Below, piece after piece: positions 1 to 9,982 of a DNA stretch of 64,000 bases. The DNA lies in NCBI GenBank assembly GCA_964504305.1, contig CAZDEB010000003.1, positions 87,213 to 151,212 of the forward strand, read 5' to 3'. Position 1 is the stretch's first letter. The number at the start of each line of letters is the position of its first letter. The DNA is from an uncultured Candidatus Nemicrothrix sp. Lineage in GTDB: Bacteria; Actinomycetota; Acidimicrobiia; Acidimicrobiales; Aldehydirespiratoraceae. The position numbers and the translations under genes were made by a program. The notes below the pieces were generated by a model. That model made no database searches. It was not told where the DNA came from and saw only the letters and a program-made list of their open reading frames with translations.

Positions 1-302
1 CGGCGCTGGTCGACGGGGTTGACTCGCGATTGGCGTTTGTGAATCCCTCCGCAACCGCCATTGCCACGGTTTTAGTCGAGACCGTCGATCCTTCCGGGAC
101 CGTCACGGTGGCCGAATTCGAGTTGGGGCCCAGGCGCCGCCACGTCATCACGTCCGAAGAGCTCGTAACCGACCGCCCGTTGGTGGTGGTCCATTCGACC
201 GCGGCGATTGTTGTTTCGCGAGAGATCGAGGGTTTCACTTCCCGCCAGCTCGCTACCGCGGTGGCTGGCGGTGAGGTGAGCTTGTTGGACCTGAACTCCT
301 AG
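1..302 (+). CDS. C-terminal fragment of a hypothetical protein (gene begins left of the window)
   Basis: Frame 3 is open from the window edge to TAG 300-302. The listed ORF 30..302 starts at an internal TTG. No recognisable motif. Confidence 0.3.
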   Translation, partial: ALVDGVDSRLAFVNPSATAIATVLVETVDPSGTVTVAEFELGPRRRHVITSEELVTDRPLVVVHSTAAIVVSREIEGFTSRQLATAVAGGEVSLLDLNS

Positions 303-338
303 GTTCGTGGGTCTCTTAGGTCCGGGGTGAGCGAGGGG

Positions 339-746
339 CTACTTGCGTTCTTCGGCTATGGCCGCCCATAGGTCCGCCGAGGTCACCGGACCAAGGAACG
401 CTCGTTTGACCGCCCCGTCGCGGTCAGCAACGACCAGCGTAGGCACGCCATCAATTCGGTATCGGTCGTGTAGCTGCGGGTGGGCCTGAACCGTCAGCTG
501 CTGTACGGCGACTTCGTCGGACTCGAGAAGAGACGCTCGATCCCAAACTCCCGCACAGGTGTCACATGTGGTCGAGCTGAATACCGCCACCAGCCAATTG
601 GTTTCGGGGCGAGCGAAGTCGTGGCGGTCCAGCAACGCTGGCACGTGGTGGGTGTTGGTGGCCGGAGAGCCTGGTTTACGGCCGAGCACCGATGCGAAGA
701 CCCCGGCGATTGCGACCGCTCCGATCACCAGTAGCAGACGATCCAC
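339..746 (-). CDS. membrane-anchored thioredoxin-fold protein (TlpA/ResA-like thiol:disulfide oxidoreductase)
   Basis: N-terminal TM helix (LLLVIGAVAIAGVFASVL), CxxC redox motif (TTCDTCAGVW) and cis-Pro-like IDGVPTLVV. Starts 3 nt after the ftsH stop on the same strand. Confidence 0.7.
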   Translation of the reverse strand: MDRLLLVIGAVAIAGVFASVLGRKPGSPATNTHHVPALLDRHDFARPETNWLVAVFSSTTCDTCAGVWDRASLLESDEVAVQQLTVQAHPQLHDRYRIDGVPTLVVADRDGAVKRAFLGPVTSADLWAAIAEERK

Positions 747-749
747 TGA

Positions 750-2696
750 TCAGGAAGCGTTGTCGTCGCCGACACTAACCTCGGACGGCTGCGGAACGGA
801 CTCCTCAGCGGCTTCGGCCGGTGCGCCCTGCGACACAGCGAGCAACCGTTCGACTTCGGCACCCGAGATCGTCTCGTGTTCGAGCAGCGCCCGAGCAACG
901 AGATCTAGCCCCTTGCGGTATTCGGTGAGAAGCAGGCGGGCCCGGCCCTCCATCTCCATCAACACCCGTCGGACTTCTTCATCGACGAGCTTGGCCGTAT
1001 CGGGCGAGTACGACTTTGACTGCATCATGTCTTCGCCGAGAAACACCGGCCCGCCGTCGGACAAGGACATGGGGCCAACGAGTTCGCTCATGCCCCATTC
1101 GGTGACCATGCGTCGAGCAATGTTGGTGGCTTGTTGCAGATCGTTGGCGGCGCCGGAGGAGAACTCTTCGAACACCAGCGACTCGGCGACCCGTCCGCCC
1201 ATTGCCATGATCATGCGAGCCTCAGCTTCGCGTTTGTCCATGGTGTGTCGTTCTTCGGCCGGAAGAGTCATCGTGACGCCAAGGGCCATGCCCGTAGGAA
1301 TGATGGTCACCTTGTGTACAGGATCGTGGTTGTCTTGGGCCGCCGCACACAACGCGTGGCCGGCCTCGTGATAAGCGGTGCGCTCCAGGTCTTCTTGGTT
1401 TTGCACCATCGATTGCCGTTCGATCCCGAGCAACACCCGATCGCGGGCACTGTCGAAGTCTTCGGCGGTAACGGTGTCGCCGCCCCGGCGAACGGCAAAC
1501 AGCGCGGCCTCGTTGACCAGATTGGCCAAATCGGCACCACTGAACCCGGGTGTGCCGCGGGCGATGACATTGACGTCGACGTCATCAGCGGAATGTTTGC
1601 CCTTGAGGTGCACGGTCAGGATCTGTTTACGATCTTCGAGCTCGGGCAGAGGCACGATTACCTGGCGGTCGAATCGGCCCGGACGAAGCAAAGCCGGGTC
1701 GAGGATGTCGGGACGGTTGGTTGCGGCCATCATGACGATGCCCTCGGTTGCTTCGAACCCGTCCATTTCGGCGAGCATCTGGTTGAGAGTTTGCTCTCGT
1801 TCGTCGTGGCCGCCACCGAGACCAGCTCCGCGTTTGCGGCCGATCGAATCGATTTCGTCGATGAAGATGATGGCCTTGCCCATCTTGCGAGCTGATTCGA
1901 AGAGATCGCGCACGCGGCTGGCGCCCACGCCAACGAACATCTCCATGAAGTCGGAGCCAGTGACCGACAAGAACGGCACGCCGGCTTCGCCCGCAACCGC
2001 TTTGGCGATCAACGTTTTGCCGGTGCCCGGAGGGCCAACCAGCAGAACCCCTTTGGGAATCCGCGCCCCGATCTCGGCGAATCTCTCTGGGTACTTGAGG
2101 AAGTCGACGACCTCGGTGATCTCTTGTTTGACCCCGTCGTAGCCAGCGACGTCATCGAAAATCGTGCCGGGTCGCTCGGTCGAGTAGGTCTTGGCCTTCG
2201 AACGGCCAATCGACATGATGTTGCCCATCTGACCTTGGGCCCGACGCTGCATCCACACGAAGAAGAGGATCAACAATCCGACGGGGATCAGCAACGGGAT
2301 GAGCGACTGGAAGAATCCCGGCGTCGGGGTTTCGAAGTGGGTAGTGGTCTGGGAAGTGACCAGCGCGCTGTCGTCGTCGGGTAGCGGGACCGGTCCGACG
2401 GTTGAGAAGTCGGTGCCGTTCGCGTCGGTGAATTTGATGCCACCATCGGTGTTGTCGTAGGTAACGTCGACGATGTCTCCCGCGGTCACCCGGTCGATGA
2501 ATTCGCTGTAGTCGACGTCTTCGGCGCTGCTGCTCGGCACGATCGCGGTGATCAACAAGATCGCCACGAGCGAACCCAAAGCAATCCACACCGCGTATCG
2601 CGACCACCCGGTTGCGGGGGGGCGCGATCCACCAGGCGAAGGGTCACCGTCGCGATGCGGCGGTGGGGGCGGAGGTGGGGGAGGAGTGGACGCCAT
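750..2696 (-). CDS. ftsH: ATP-dependent zinc metalloprotease FtsH
   Basis: Walker A GPPGTGKT, Walker B IIFIDEID, zinc site HEAGHAL and two N-terminal TM segments. The N-terminus carries a run of 9 prolines. Confidence 0.97.
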   Translation of the reverse strand: MASTPPPPPPPPPHRDGDPSPGGSRPPATGWSRYAVWIALGSLVAILLITAIVPSSSAEDVDYSEFIDRVTAGDIVDVTYDNTDGGIKFTDANGTDFSTVGPVPLPDDDSALVTSQTTTHFETPTPGFFQSLIPLLIPVGLLILFFVWMQRRAQGQMGNIMSIGRSKAKTYSTERPGTIFDDVAGYDGVKQEITEVVDFLKYPERFAEIGARIPKGVLLVGPPGTGKTLIAKAVAGEAGVPFLSVTGSDFMEMFVGVGASRVRDLFESARKMGKAIIFIDEIDSIGRKRGAGLGGGHDEREQTLNQMLAEMDGFEATEGIVMMAATNRPDILDPALLRPGRFDRQVIVPLPELEDRKQILTVHLKGKHSADDVDVNVIARGTPGFSGADLANLVNEAALFAVRRGGDTVTAEDFDSARDRVLLGIERQSMVQNQEDLERTAYHEAGHALCAAAQDNHDPVHKVTIIPTGMALGVTMTLPAEERHTMDKREAEARMIMAMGGRVAESLVFEEFSSGAANDLQQATNIARRMVTEWGMSELVGPMSLSDGGPVFLGEDMMQSKSYSPDTAKLVDEEVRRVLMEMEGRARLLLTEYRKGLDLVARALLEHETISGAEVERLLAVSQGAPAEAAEESVPQPSEVSVGDDNAS

Positions 2697-2793
2697 GGCT
2701 TAAGGGTAGACGCCCGGTGCCGCGCATCCGCAGCGTGGCGTCATCTGATCATCGGTCCGCGCGCGACGATATTGAGACCGATAGGTTCAGCCC

Positions 2794-3021
2794 ATGAGCC
2801 GTCGTTGCGCCCGCCCCGGATGTGGTCAAGTAGCCGATGCCACACTGTCGTTTGCCTACGATCAGCGCCAGGTGTGGCTTGACGACCGCTTGGTCGAGGA
2901 TCACCCCGCAAATCACGACCTCTGTGGACGTCACGCCGATCGTACGCGACCACCCAAAGGTTGGGAACTTCGCGACCGTCGGCAGGCTACGGTCTTCGCC
3001 GATTTGCGCTACGCCAGCTAG
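2794..3021 (+). CDS. DUF3499-family small Cys-rich protein
   Basis: ATG at 2794. The CARPGCG...LCGRHADR pattern matches my recollection of the actinobacterial DUF3499 family, which normally neighbours manB/manA. Confidence 0.7.
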   Translation: MSRRCARPGCGQVADATLSFAYDQRQVWLDDRLVEDHPANHDLCGRHADRTRPPKGWELRDRRQATVFADLRYAS

Positions 3022-3032
3022 TGGCGGCCGCG

Positions 3033-3809
3033 ATGACGGCCAACGCTCCTACTCGGCGCATCGTCTTGGCCATTGTTTCTTTCGCCGCGGGATTGTTCCT
3101 CGCCAGTCTGGTCGGCGCTGCAGTGTTGGCTGCTACCGATTGGCAAGTGGGTGTCTCGAGCGCGGTCGGCGCCGAAGTCGGTCGAGCAGCGATGCAGATC
3201 GGGCAGGGTCTGGAGCTACAGGATTTCCGAATTCCGACTGCCGTGTTGGTGGTGTTCAACGTTCCGCTGTGGATGTGTCTCGTGGGTGGGCCGCTGCTGG
3301 CTCGGCGCGAAGGACTCGACTGGCACGACGATCTGGGGTGGTCGATGCGCCGCATCGACGTGCCCATCGGGCTGGCCCTGGGAGTTGGTGCGCAAGCGGC
3401 GCTCATTCCCCTCTACCAGGTTGTATTTTGGCTAGCCGGCGAGCAAGACGTAGACGGTGTCGCTCGCGACTTGCTGGCCTCGACCAAGACTCCGCTCGAT
3501 GTTGTGGCGCTCGTCGTGATGACCGTGGTGGCCGCCCCGATCGCCGAAGAGATCTTGTTTCGTGGTCTGCTCTATCGCGGGATCCGCGACATGGAGTCGG
3601 TTGTGCATCGGTCGGGGGTGACGGTTGCGGTCATTGCGTCGGCGGTGGTGTTCGGCATTTCGCATTTCCAGTTGATCCAGTTCCCGGGGCTCATGTTCTT
3701 CGGTGTGGTCGCGGCCGTGGCGTTCCAGCGGACGGGCCGCTTGGGGACCTCGATCTGGACCCATGTCGGGTTCAACCTGACCACCGTAGTTGTGTTGCTC
3801 GCCGCTTGA
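3033..3809 (+). CDS. CPBP-family intramembrane glutamic endopeptidase (CAAX protease-like)
   Basis: Multi-TM protein with the EEILFRG motif and the FGISHF motif. Start moved to ATG 3033, just after the DUF3499 stop; the listed start 2961 overlaps that gene. Confidence 0.8.
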   Translation: MTANAPTRRIVLAIVSFAAGLFLASLVGAAVLAATDWQVGVSSAVGAEVGRAAMQIGQGLELQDFRIPTAVLVVFNVPLWMCLVGGPLLARREGLDWHDDLGWSMRRIDVPIGLALGVGAQAALIPLYQVVFWLAGEQDVDGVARDLLASTKTPLDVVALVVMTVVAAPIAEEILFRGLLYRGIRDMESVVHRSGVTVAVIASAVVFGISHFQLIQFPGLMFFGVVAAVAFQRTGRLGTSIWTHVGFNLTTVVVLLAA

Positions 3810-3922
3810 GAGTCCCCCAAAGTGGTCGAGATTCTCACGTTTGGTGAGATTTGTGGCTGGTATCTCTCAACTCGGTTGGACGTCATCCGAAGGATTGATG
3901 ACGGCCAAGCGGAGAGAACCAA

Positions 3923-4147
3923 ATGCCTGATGCAGCGATGTCGAACAGCACGAGTACGGCTTGTCCCGCTTGCGGATCGCCGCTGGTCGCCATCACGATC
4001 AATGTTGGCGCCGGCCAGCGAACCATGTGCAGCTGTGGTCGCTGCGACCAACGCTGGTGGCAACGCGAGGGTCGCCTTACAACCCTTGACGGTGTCATTG
4101 GCGAGCTGGGTCAGCTCGAAGCACCTCGTTTGCGGTACCGGCCCTGA
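3923..4147 (+). CDS. small zinc-ribbon protein, hypothetical
   Basis: CPAC...CSCGRC four-Cys arrangement. Third-position GC resembles neighbouring genes. No family recognised. Confidence 0.4.
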   Translation: MPDAAMSNSTSTACPACGSPLVAITINVGAGQRTMCSCGRCDQRWWQREGRLTTLDGVIGELGQLEAPRLRYRP

Positions 4148-4183
4148 GCAGGCGGCGCGAACAGTCATCGTGGAGATGGCACC

Positions 4184-7072
4184 ATGGTGCCCACGATGAG
4201 CGAGATCACGATCGACGAAGATGAATGGATGAGTGACCACGACGGGTCTGTCGACGACAACGACCCGTACGTGCGTCCGGGTCGCCCGGACTGGATGCCG
4301 TCCACCGAAACGTTGATCACCATCGCCTTGGTTGCGTTCGCCACGATTTTTGTTGTTTGGAATCTCCGACCGGGAGACTGGTTCAAGGACACCACTCCAA
4401 CCGGGGGTGACATGGGGGCTCACGTGTGGTCTCCGGCCTACCTGCGCGATGTCTTGTTGCCGGATTTCCGGCTCACCGGTTGGTCGCCGGACTGGTACGC
4501 AGGGTTCCCCGCGTTCACGTTCTACATGATCGTTCCGTCCCTGTTGATCGTGATTGTCAACGTCGGACTCGGCGGAGGAGTCCTGGTTCCGGTGGCCGCG
4601 GCCGGGGGGTTGGCGGTTGGCGCGGCGAGGGCTCACAACCGGTGGGGGACATCGGTCGAACGGACAGCCGCGATTTACGGCGTGGGGATGTTCTTGTGGT
4701 TGCTTGTGGTGCCGGTGCCTTACGGCATTGCCATGAAGCTCGTGGTTGTCGCCGGAACGGTTTTGTTGCCGGTGGCGGCGTACAGCGCCGGCCGTCTCGG
4801 CGGTCTCAAGTTTCCCGGGCCTGCGCTAATGGCCGTCATGATGCTGCCGTTCCTGTTCGATCGCAGCTACAACATTTACGGCGGCAACTTGATGTCGACG
4901 ATGGCGGGCGAGTTTGCCTATTCGCTTGGGCTGATGTTCGCCGTGCTGTACGTCGGCGTGGCGGCCCGAGGGATGGCTACTGGTCGCCACCGCGGCTTGG
5001 CCGCCGCGTTGTTGGCGCTCGCCGGGCTTACCCACTTGTTCGCCGCCTTCTTTGGACTAATTGTCACCTTGGCGTTGTACATCACGCGGCCCGGTCGGCG
5101 TGAGACCCGTTGGTTGATGGTTGTCGGGCCGCTCAGCGGACTTTTGGCGGCGTTCTGGGTACTCCCGTTCTTTTGGAATCGGGCCCTTCTCAACGACATG
5201 GGGTGGGGCAAGGAGCGGCGCTATGTAGCGGCGCTGTGGAATCGGTCGGGCAGTTTCGGCGATCAAACATTCCTGCAAAACGACCCCCCTATGCAGCTGC
5301 TGGTTGTAATCGCCATTGTTGGGGCGGTGCTGTGCGGACTGCGGAGGGTTCGGCTGGGCATGGCACTTTCGCTGGTCGCAGTGTTCTTCGCGGGCACGTT
5401 CCTGCTTTTGCCTGAGGGGCGGCTTTGGAACGTCCGGATTTTGCCGTTCTATTACTTGGCGATCAACATCATGGTCGCCATCGCGATCGCCGAATTCGGC
5501 CGGCTCCTTGTCGAGATTGTTCGTCCGATTCGAGGCCATACCCGTTCGACCTGGCTCGCGGCCGGTCCCGCCGTTGCCACGGCGATGGTCTTGTTCGTGT
5601 CTTTGGGGTTGCCGTTGCGGTCGCTTCCCGGTGGTTCGCTCAACCCGTCGGGAGAGTACACGTGGCTCGGTTTCAAGGAATCCGACCTCAACCTTGGCCC
5701 ATCGTGGCTCAAACACAACTTCCGTGGTTACGAGGGACAGGCGGCCTATCCCGAATACTCGCAAATGATCGCAACCATGGATCGTGTGGGCAAGACCCAC
5801 GGTTGCGGCCGCGCCCTATGGGAGTACGAAGCCGACCGGCTCGGGTCGTACGGGACACCGATGTCGCCCATGTTGCTGCCGCACTGGACCGACGGCTGTA
5901 TTGGATCGATGGAAGGGCTTTATTTCGAGGCTTCGGCGACCACCCCCTATCATTTCTTGTTGCAATCAGAGTTGTCGGCGGCCCCGTCGAGGGCCCAACG
6001 CGACCTGCCCTACTCCGGCTTGGACGCGTCCAGTGGCGTTGCTCATCTTCAAGACCTCGGCGTGCGCTACTACTTGGCATTTTCCGACGCCGCAGTTCGC
6101 CAGGCTCAAGCCGAGCCGCGTCTGACCGAAATCGCGACCTCCGGACCTTGGGTTGCCTTTCTTGTCGAGGATTCGGATCTTGTGATCGGTCTCGATCAAT
6201 TGCCAGTCGTGATCGATGGCATCAGGGCCGGCGGCGAGGAGTGGCTGGTGCCGTCAGTGGCGTGGTGGGAAGCATCAAACGTCGCTCTGATTGCCGCCGA
6301 CGGCCCACAGACTTGGCCGCAAACGTCGATGGCCGAGATCGCCGAAGCGGCTCCCGATTTTGCCGCCACGATCGACGGCGAGGACCGCGTCGCCGAAATG
6401 CGTTCACTGTCAGCCGTGCTGGGTGACGTGCTCGAAAACAAGGCTGTCGATCCGGTTCAGGTGTCAGAAGTGGTCACCGACGAGTCGTCGATCACCTTTT
6501 CGGTAAGCGACATCGGTCGGCCGGTTTTGGTCCGCACCAGTTACTTCCCGAACTGGTCCGCCCACGGTGCCGACGGGCCATACCGTGTGGCCCCCAACCT
6601 GATGGTGGTGGTTCCCACCCAGACCGAAGTGTCTTTGACCTACGGGCGTTCGGGCATCGAGGTGTTCTCGATGCTTCTGTCGTTGATGGGCTTGGTGGGG
6701 TTGGTGTTTGTTGCTCGTCGGAAGTCGTCTGATCCAGATCAGGCTCCTTGGGATTTTGGCACCGTGTCGTCGCCGTCGAATGCCGCGGCCACAGCCAGCA
6801 ACGCGCTCGTCGGACTGGCCGGATCGAGTCTGCTTGTGGGCGGCACTCTTATTGCCGCGGTCGTGGTGTCTCCGGGGGCCGATGAGTTTCTGCCGTCGCT
6901 GGTTGTATGGCTGCCCGGAACCGTTGGGTTAGTCGCGGCACTCTTTTCATTTCTCCCTACTTTGATCGAGCGTCGGACCGCACTCGTCGAGCCGCCGACA
7001 GATCTCGAGCGCGACGAGCGTCCGGTCGACGAACCTCCCGTCGACGAAGCTGCCGTCGACGAATCAGGGTGA
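4184..7072 (+). CDS. large polytopic membrane protein, putative GT-C-fold glycosyltransferase (PTPS-related/YfhO-like class)
   Basis: 962 aa. GGAG lies 8 nt before ATG 4184. More than 10 hydrophobic helices in the first ~430 aa, a large soluble middle domain and C-terminal TM helices. N-terminal loop is GGDMGAHVWSPAYLRD...GWSPDWYAGFP. Its stop overlaps the GTG of the downstream GtrA-GT2 gene. Confidence 0.6.
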   Translation: MVPTMSEITIDEDEWMSDHDGSVDDNDPYVRPGRPDWMPSTETLITIALVAFATIFVVWNLRPGDWFKDTTPTGGDMGAHVWSPAYLRDVLLPDFRLTGWSPDWYAGFPAFTFYMIVPSLLIVIVNVGLGGGVLVPVAAAGGLAVGAARAHNRWGTSVERTAAIYGVGMFLWLLVVPVPYGIAMKLVVVAGTVLLPVAAYSAGRLGGLKFPGPALMAVMMLPFLFDRSYNIYGGNLMSTMAGEFAYSLGLMFAVLYVGVAARGMATGRHRGLAAALLALAGLTHLFAAFFGLIVTLALYITRPGRRETRWLMVVGPLSGLLAAFWVLPFFWNRALLNDMGWGKERRYVAALWNRSGSFGDQTFLQNDPPMQLLVVIAIVGAVLCGLRRVRLGMALSLVAVFFAGTFLLLPEGRLWNVRILPFYYLAINIMVAIAIAEFGRLLVEIVRPIRGHTRSTWLAAGPAVATAMVLFVSLGLPLRSLPGGSLNPSGEYTWLGFKESDLNLGPSWLKHNFRGYEGQAAYPEYSQMIATMDRVGKTHGCGRALWEYEADRLGSYGTPMSPMLLPHWTDGCIGSMEGLYFEASATTPYHFLLQSELSAAPSRAQRDLPYSGLDASSGVAHLQDLGVRYYLAFSDAAVRQAQAEPRLTEIATSGPWVAFLVEDSDLVIGLDQLPVVIDGIRAGGEEWLVPSVAWWEASNVALIAADGPQTWPQTSMAEIAEAAPDFAATIDGEDRVAEMRSLSAVLGDVLENKAVDPVQVSEVVTDESSITFSVSDIGRPVLVRTSYFPNWSAHGADGPYRVAPNLMVVVPTQTEVSLTYGRSGIEVFSMLLSLMGLVGLVFVARRKSSDPDQAPWDFGTVSSPSNAAATASNALVGLAGSSLLVGGTLIAAVVVSPGADEFLPSLVVWLPGTVGLVAALFSFLPTLIERRTALVEPPTDLERDERPVDEPPVDEAAVDESG

Positions 7073-8262
7073 CAGTTCGACAAGGGGCGGGGGCGGGCCA
7101 GGGTCGCACGAACCCGCGGCGGTTTGTGTTGGTTGGTGCGTCGGCGACGGTGATCGACGTGGGGCTGGCCGTCGGCTTGGCCCACGCTGGGATTTCTCGT
7201 TCGCTTGCCGACTTACTGGCTCTCAGCGTCGCCGCCGTGGTGGCTTGGAGGCTGCACGGGATCGTGACGCTGCGCGGCGATACGGTCGATCGCTGGATCC
7301 GCCAGCCGCCCGTGTTTTTCACCGCGGCGGCCATCGCCGGCGCAATCGACCTGACGGTCTTTGTGGGCTTGGGAAACTTGCCTCTGTTCGGGGCCAAGGT
7401 GCTGGCCGTGGGCGTCGCGGCATTTGCTCGTTCAGTGTTGTACCGAGCCGTTCTTTTTCGAGCGGTAAGACGCGAACAATCGAGTCCGTCTCGGCGGTCG
7501 ACTGCGCCGGGCGGACCTCGGTTGTCGGTTGTGGTCCCCGCCTTTCGAGAAGAGTCACGAATCGAGGCGACCGTTGCGACGATCCGAGCAGAGTTGGAAG
7601 ATCTGCACCGCACCGGAGATCTCGAGATTGTTGTCGTTGATGATGGTTCCCCCGACGCGACCGCCGAGCGGGCCCGCGTGGCGGGTGCCGATCAGGTGGT
7701 GGTCCAGCCCAAGAACCGAGGCAAAGGGGCGGCTGTTCGGGCGGGTGTGAGGGCTTCGACGGGGCGGACGGTGGCGTTCACCGACGCCGACCTCGCCTAC
7801 GCGCCGGGTCAGCTGCTGTCCTTTCTGGCATCGGTCGAATCGGGTTACGACGTAGCGATTGGCAACCGCCACCACCAACAGACCGCGACGCTTGCCGGCA
7901 CTTCGGCGTTGCGTTCGTTTGGCAGCCGGGTCGTGAACATGGCCACCAACATCTTGTTGCTCGGCAACTACCGAGACACCCAGTGCGGGTGCAAGGCGTT
8001 TCGCAGCGACGCGGCGCGCATCGTCCTCGGTGCGGGCATGATCGACGGATTTGCTTTCGACATCGAAGTACTCCACCTCATCGAGCGTTACGGCCTCAGC
8101 ATGGAAGAGCTACCGGTCGAGGTGGTCAACAGCGAAACCTCCACCGTGAGTGCACTGCGTGATGGAGTTGGGGTGTTCGTGGACATTTTGCGGATAAGGC
8201 GGGCCGCTCGTCGCGGGAGCTACCCATCACTCGGAGTGAATGCCCTCCCATCCGGGCACTAG
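7069..8262 (+). CDS. GtrA-like membrane domain fused to a GT2 polyprenyl-phosphate hexosyltransferase (GtrB/Alg5/Ppm1 class)
   Basis: GTG 7069 overlaps TGA 7070-7072 of the upstream gene (GTGA). The N-terminus has four hydrophobic helices (FVLVGASATVIDVGLAVGL...). The GT-A domain follows: LSVVVPAFREE...VVVDDGSPD...FTDADL. Confidence 0.8.
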   Translation: MTVRQGAGAGQGRTNPRRFVLVGASATVIDVGLAVGLAHAGISRSLADLLALSVAAVVAWRLHGIVTLRGDTVDRWIRQPPVFFTAAAIAGAIDLTVFVGLGNLPLFGAKVLAVGVAAFARSVLYRAVLFRAVRREQSSPSRRSTAPGGPRLSVVVPAFREESRIEATVATIRAELEDLHRTGDLEIVVVDDGSPDATAERARVAGADQVVVQPKNRGKGAAVRAGVRASTGRTVAFTDADLAYAPGQLLSFLASVESGYDVAIGNRHHQQTATLAGTSALRSFGSRVVNMATNILLLGNYRDTQCGCKAFRSDAARIVLGAGMIDGFAFDIEVLHLIERYGLSMEELPVEVVNSETSTVSALRDGVGVFVDILRIRRAARRGSYPSLGVNALPSGH

Positions 8263-8340
8263 CGGCCGACGGTATCCGCGACGGTGATATTGCCTGTGGC
8301 GAGAATGGATCTCGATGCCTAGGGCGGAAAGTGATTTGCT

Positions 8341-9684
8341 GTGACCGATTTCGACGCAATTTTCAAGGCCTACGACGTGCGGGGCACCGTTCCCGATCAG
8401 TTTGATGCCGACGGGGCGCGGGCCATCGGCGGCGCGTTCGCCCGCTTTGTTGCGGGCCAAGGCGCGACCTCGATAGTTGTTGGCCGCGACATGCGTCCCG
8501 ACGGAGAAGAGTTCGCGACGGCCTTCGGTGACGGCGCTATGGCCCACGGCATCGATGTTGTCGACGTCGGGTTGTGCGCCACCGACATGATGTATTACGC
8601 CTCTGGGGCACTCGACATGCCCGGTGCGGTATTCACCGCTTCGCACAATCCGGCGGGCTACAACGGCATCAAAATGTGCCTTGCCAAAGCCGCTCCGATC
8701 GGTAGCGAAACTGGTCTCGACTCAATCAAAGCCATGGCCATCGCTGGTGAAGACCCGGCGGGGCATTCCGGATCCAGGACGCATCAGGACATGCTTGGGG
8801 GTTATGTCGAACACGTTCAGAGTTTTGTTGATGTGTCGGCGCTCAAAGCATTGCGCGTTGTCGCCGACACGGCCAACGGCATGGGCGGACTGGTCTTGCC
8901 TGCGGTGTTTGCGTCGTTACCGTTCGAGCTCGATCACCTGTACCCGGAGCTCGACGGGACGTTTCCGAATCATCCGGCCGACCCCATCCAACCCGAGAAT
9001 CAAAAAGACTTGATGGCTCGGGTGTTGGCCAACGGTGCCGACATCGGGCTGGCGTTCGATGGCGACGCCGACCGCGTCTTTCTCGTCGACGAAACCGCCC
9101 GAGCGATTTCGGGGTCGCTGACGACCGCGCTGGTCGCTCGATCGATCCTGGCCCGCGAACCGGGGGCCACCGTGATTCACAACTTGATCTGCTCAAAGAC
9201 GGTTCCCGAAGTGATTGCCGAAGGCGGAGGCACCGCGGTGCGCACCCGAGTTGGTCATTCGTTCATCAAGCAGGTGATGGCCGAGACCGGGGCAATCTTC
9301 GGCGGGGAACATTCGGGGCATTACTACTTCCGCGACAACTACCGCGCCGACAGCGGCCTGATCGCCGCGCTGGTCGTGCTCGAGGCCTTAAGCAACCACC
9401 CGGCCGGGCTGGCCGATCTGGTTTCGAGCCTTGATCGCTACGCCGCGTCTGGCGAGATCAACACCACGGTCGACGACTCGGCTGCGGTGATCGACAGGGT
9501 TGCGAGCGTTTATGGCGATGCCACTCAGGATCGTATGGACGGCCTGACCGTCGACTTCGGCGACTGGTGGTTCAACCTTCGCGCCTCCAACACCGAGCCG
9601 CTGCTTCGGCTCAACCTCGAAGCAAGTACTGACGAAGAAGTCGAGCGGCGCGTTGGTGAAGTCAAAGCCAATTTCGTGGGTTGA
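8341..9684 (+). CDS. manB: phosphomannomutase/phosphoglucomutase
   Basis: Phosphoserine loop TASHNPAGYNGIK, Mg loop FDGDADR and sugar loop GGEHSGHYYF. Confidence 0.93.
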   Translation: MTDFDAIFKAYDVRGTVPDQFDADGARAIGGAFARFVAGQGATSIVVGRDMRPDGEEFATAFGDGAMAHGIDVVDVGLCATDMMYYASGALDMPGAVFTASHNPAGYNGIKMCLAKAAPIGSETGLDSIKAMAIAGEDPAGHSGSRTHQDMLGGYVEHVQSFVDVSALKALRVVADTANGMGGLVLPAVFASLPFELDHLYPELDGTFPNHPADPIQPENQKDLMARVLANGADIGLAFDGDADRVFLVDETARAISGSLTTALVARSILAREPGATVIHNLICSKTVPEVIAEGGGTAVRTRVGHSFIKQVMAETGAIFGGEHSGHYYFRDNYRADSGLIAALVVLEALSNHPAGLADLVSSLDRYAASGEINTTVDDSAAVIDRVASVYGDATQDRMDGLTVDFGDWWFNLRASNTEPLLRLNLEASTDEEVERRVGEVKANFVG

Positions 9685-9740
9685 CCTCCTTGGGCCGGAT
9701 CCGCGGTTAACTAGTGACATATCCATCTGAGGGAGGCCTC

Positions 9741-9977
9741 ATGGCGCTCGATAGCAGACTTCTCGAAATCCTTGCCTGTCCGATCGACAAGGGATCATTG
9801 CTGTACTTTGCCGACGAAGAAATTTTGTACAATCCGCGGCTCCAAAAGCAGTACAACGTGCACGAGGGCATCCCTGTGATGTTGCCCGACGAGGCCACCG
9901 ACGTGGACGATCAAGAACACACTCGTCTCATTGCCAAGGCCGACGCCGACGGCGTGGCACCGACGTTCGCTGACTGA
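9741..9977 (+). CDS. Trm112-family small protein
   Basis: LEILACPIDKGSL...EGIPVMLPDEA. Start set at ATG 9741, preceded by GAGGGAGG. Confidence 0.8.
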   Translation: MALDSRLLEILACPIDKGSLLYFADEEILYNPRLQKQYNVHEGIPVMLPDEATDVDDQEHTRLIAKADADGVAPTFAD

Positions 9978-9982
9978 ATCCT

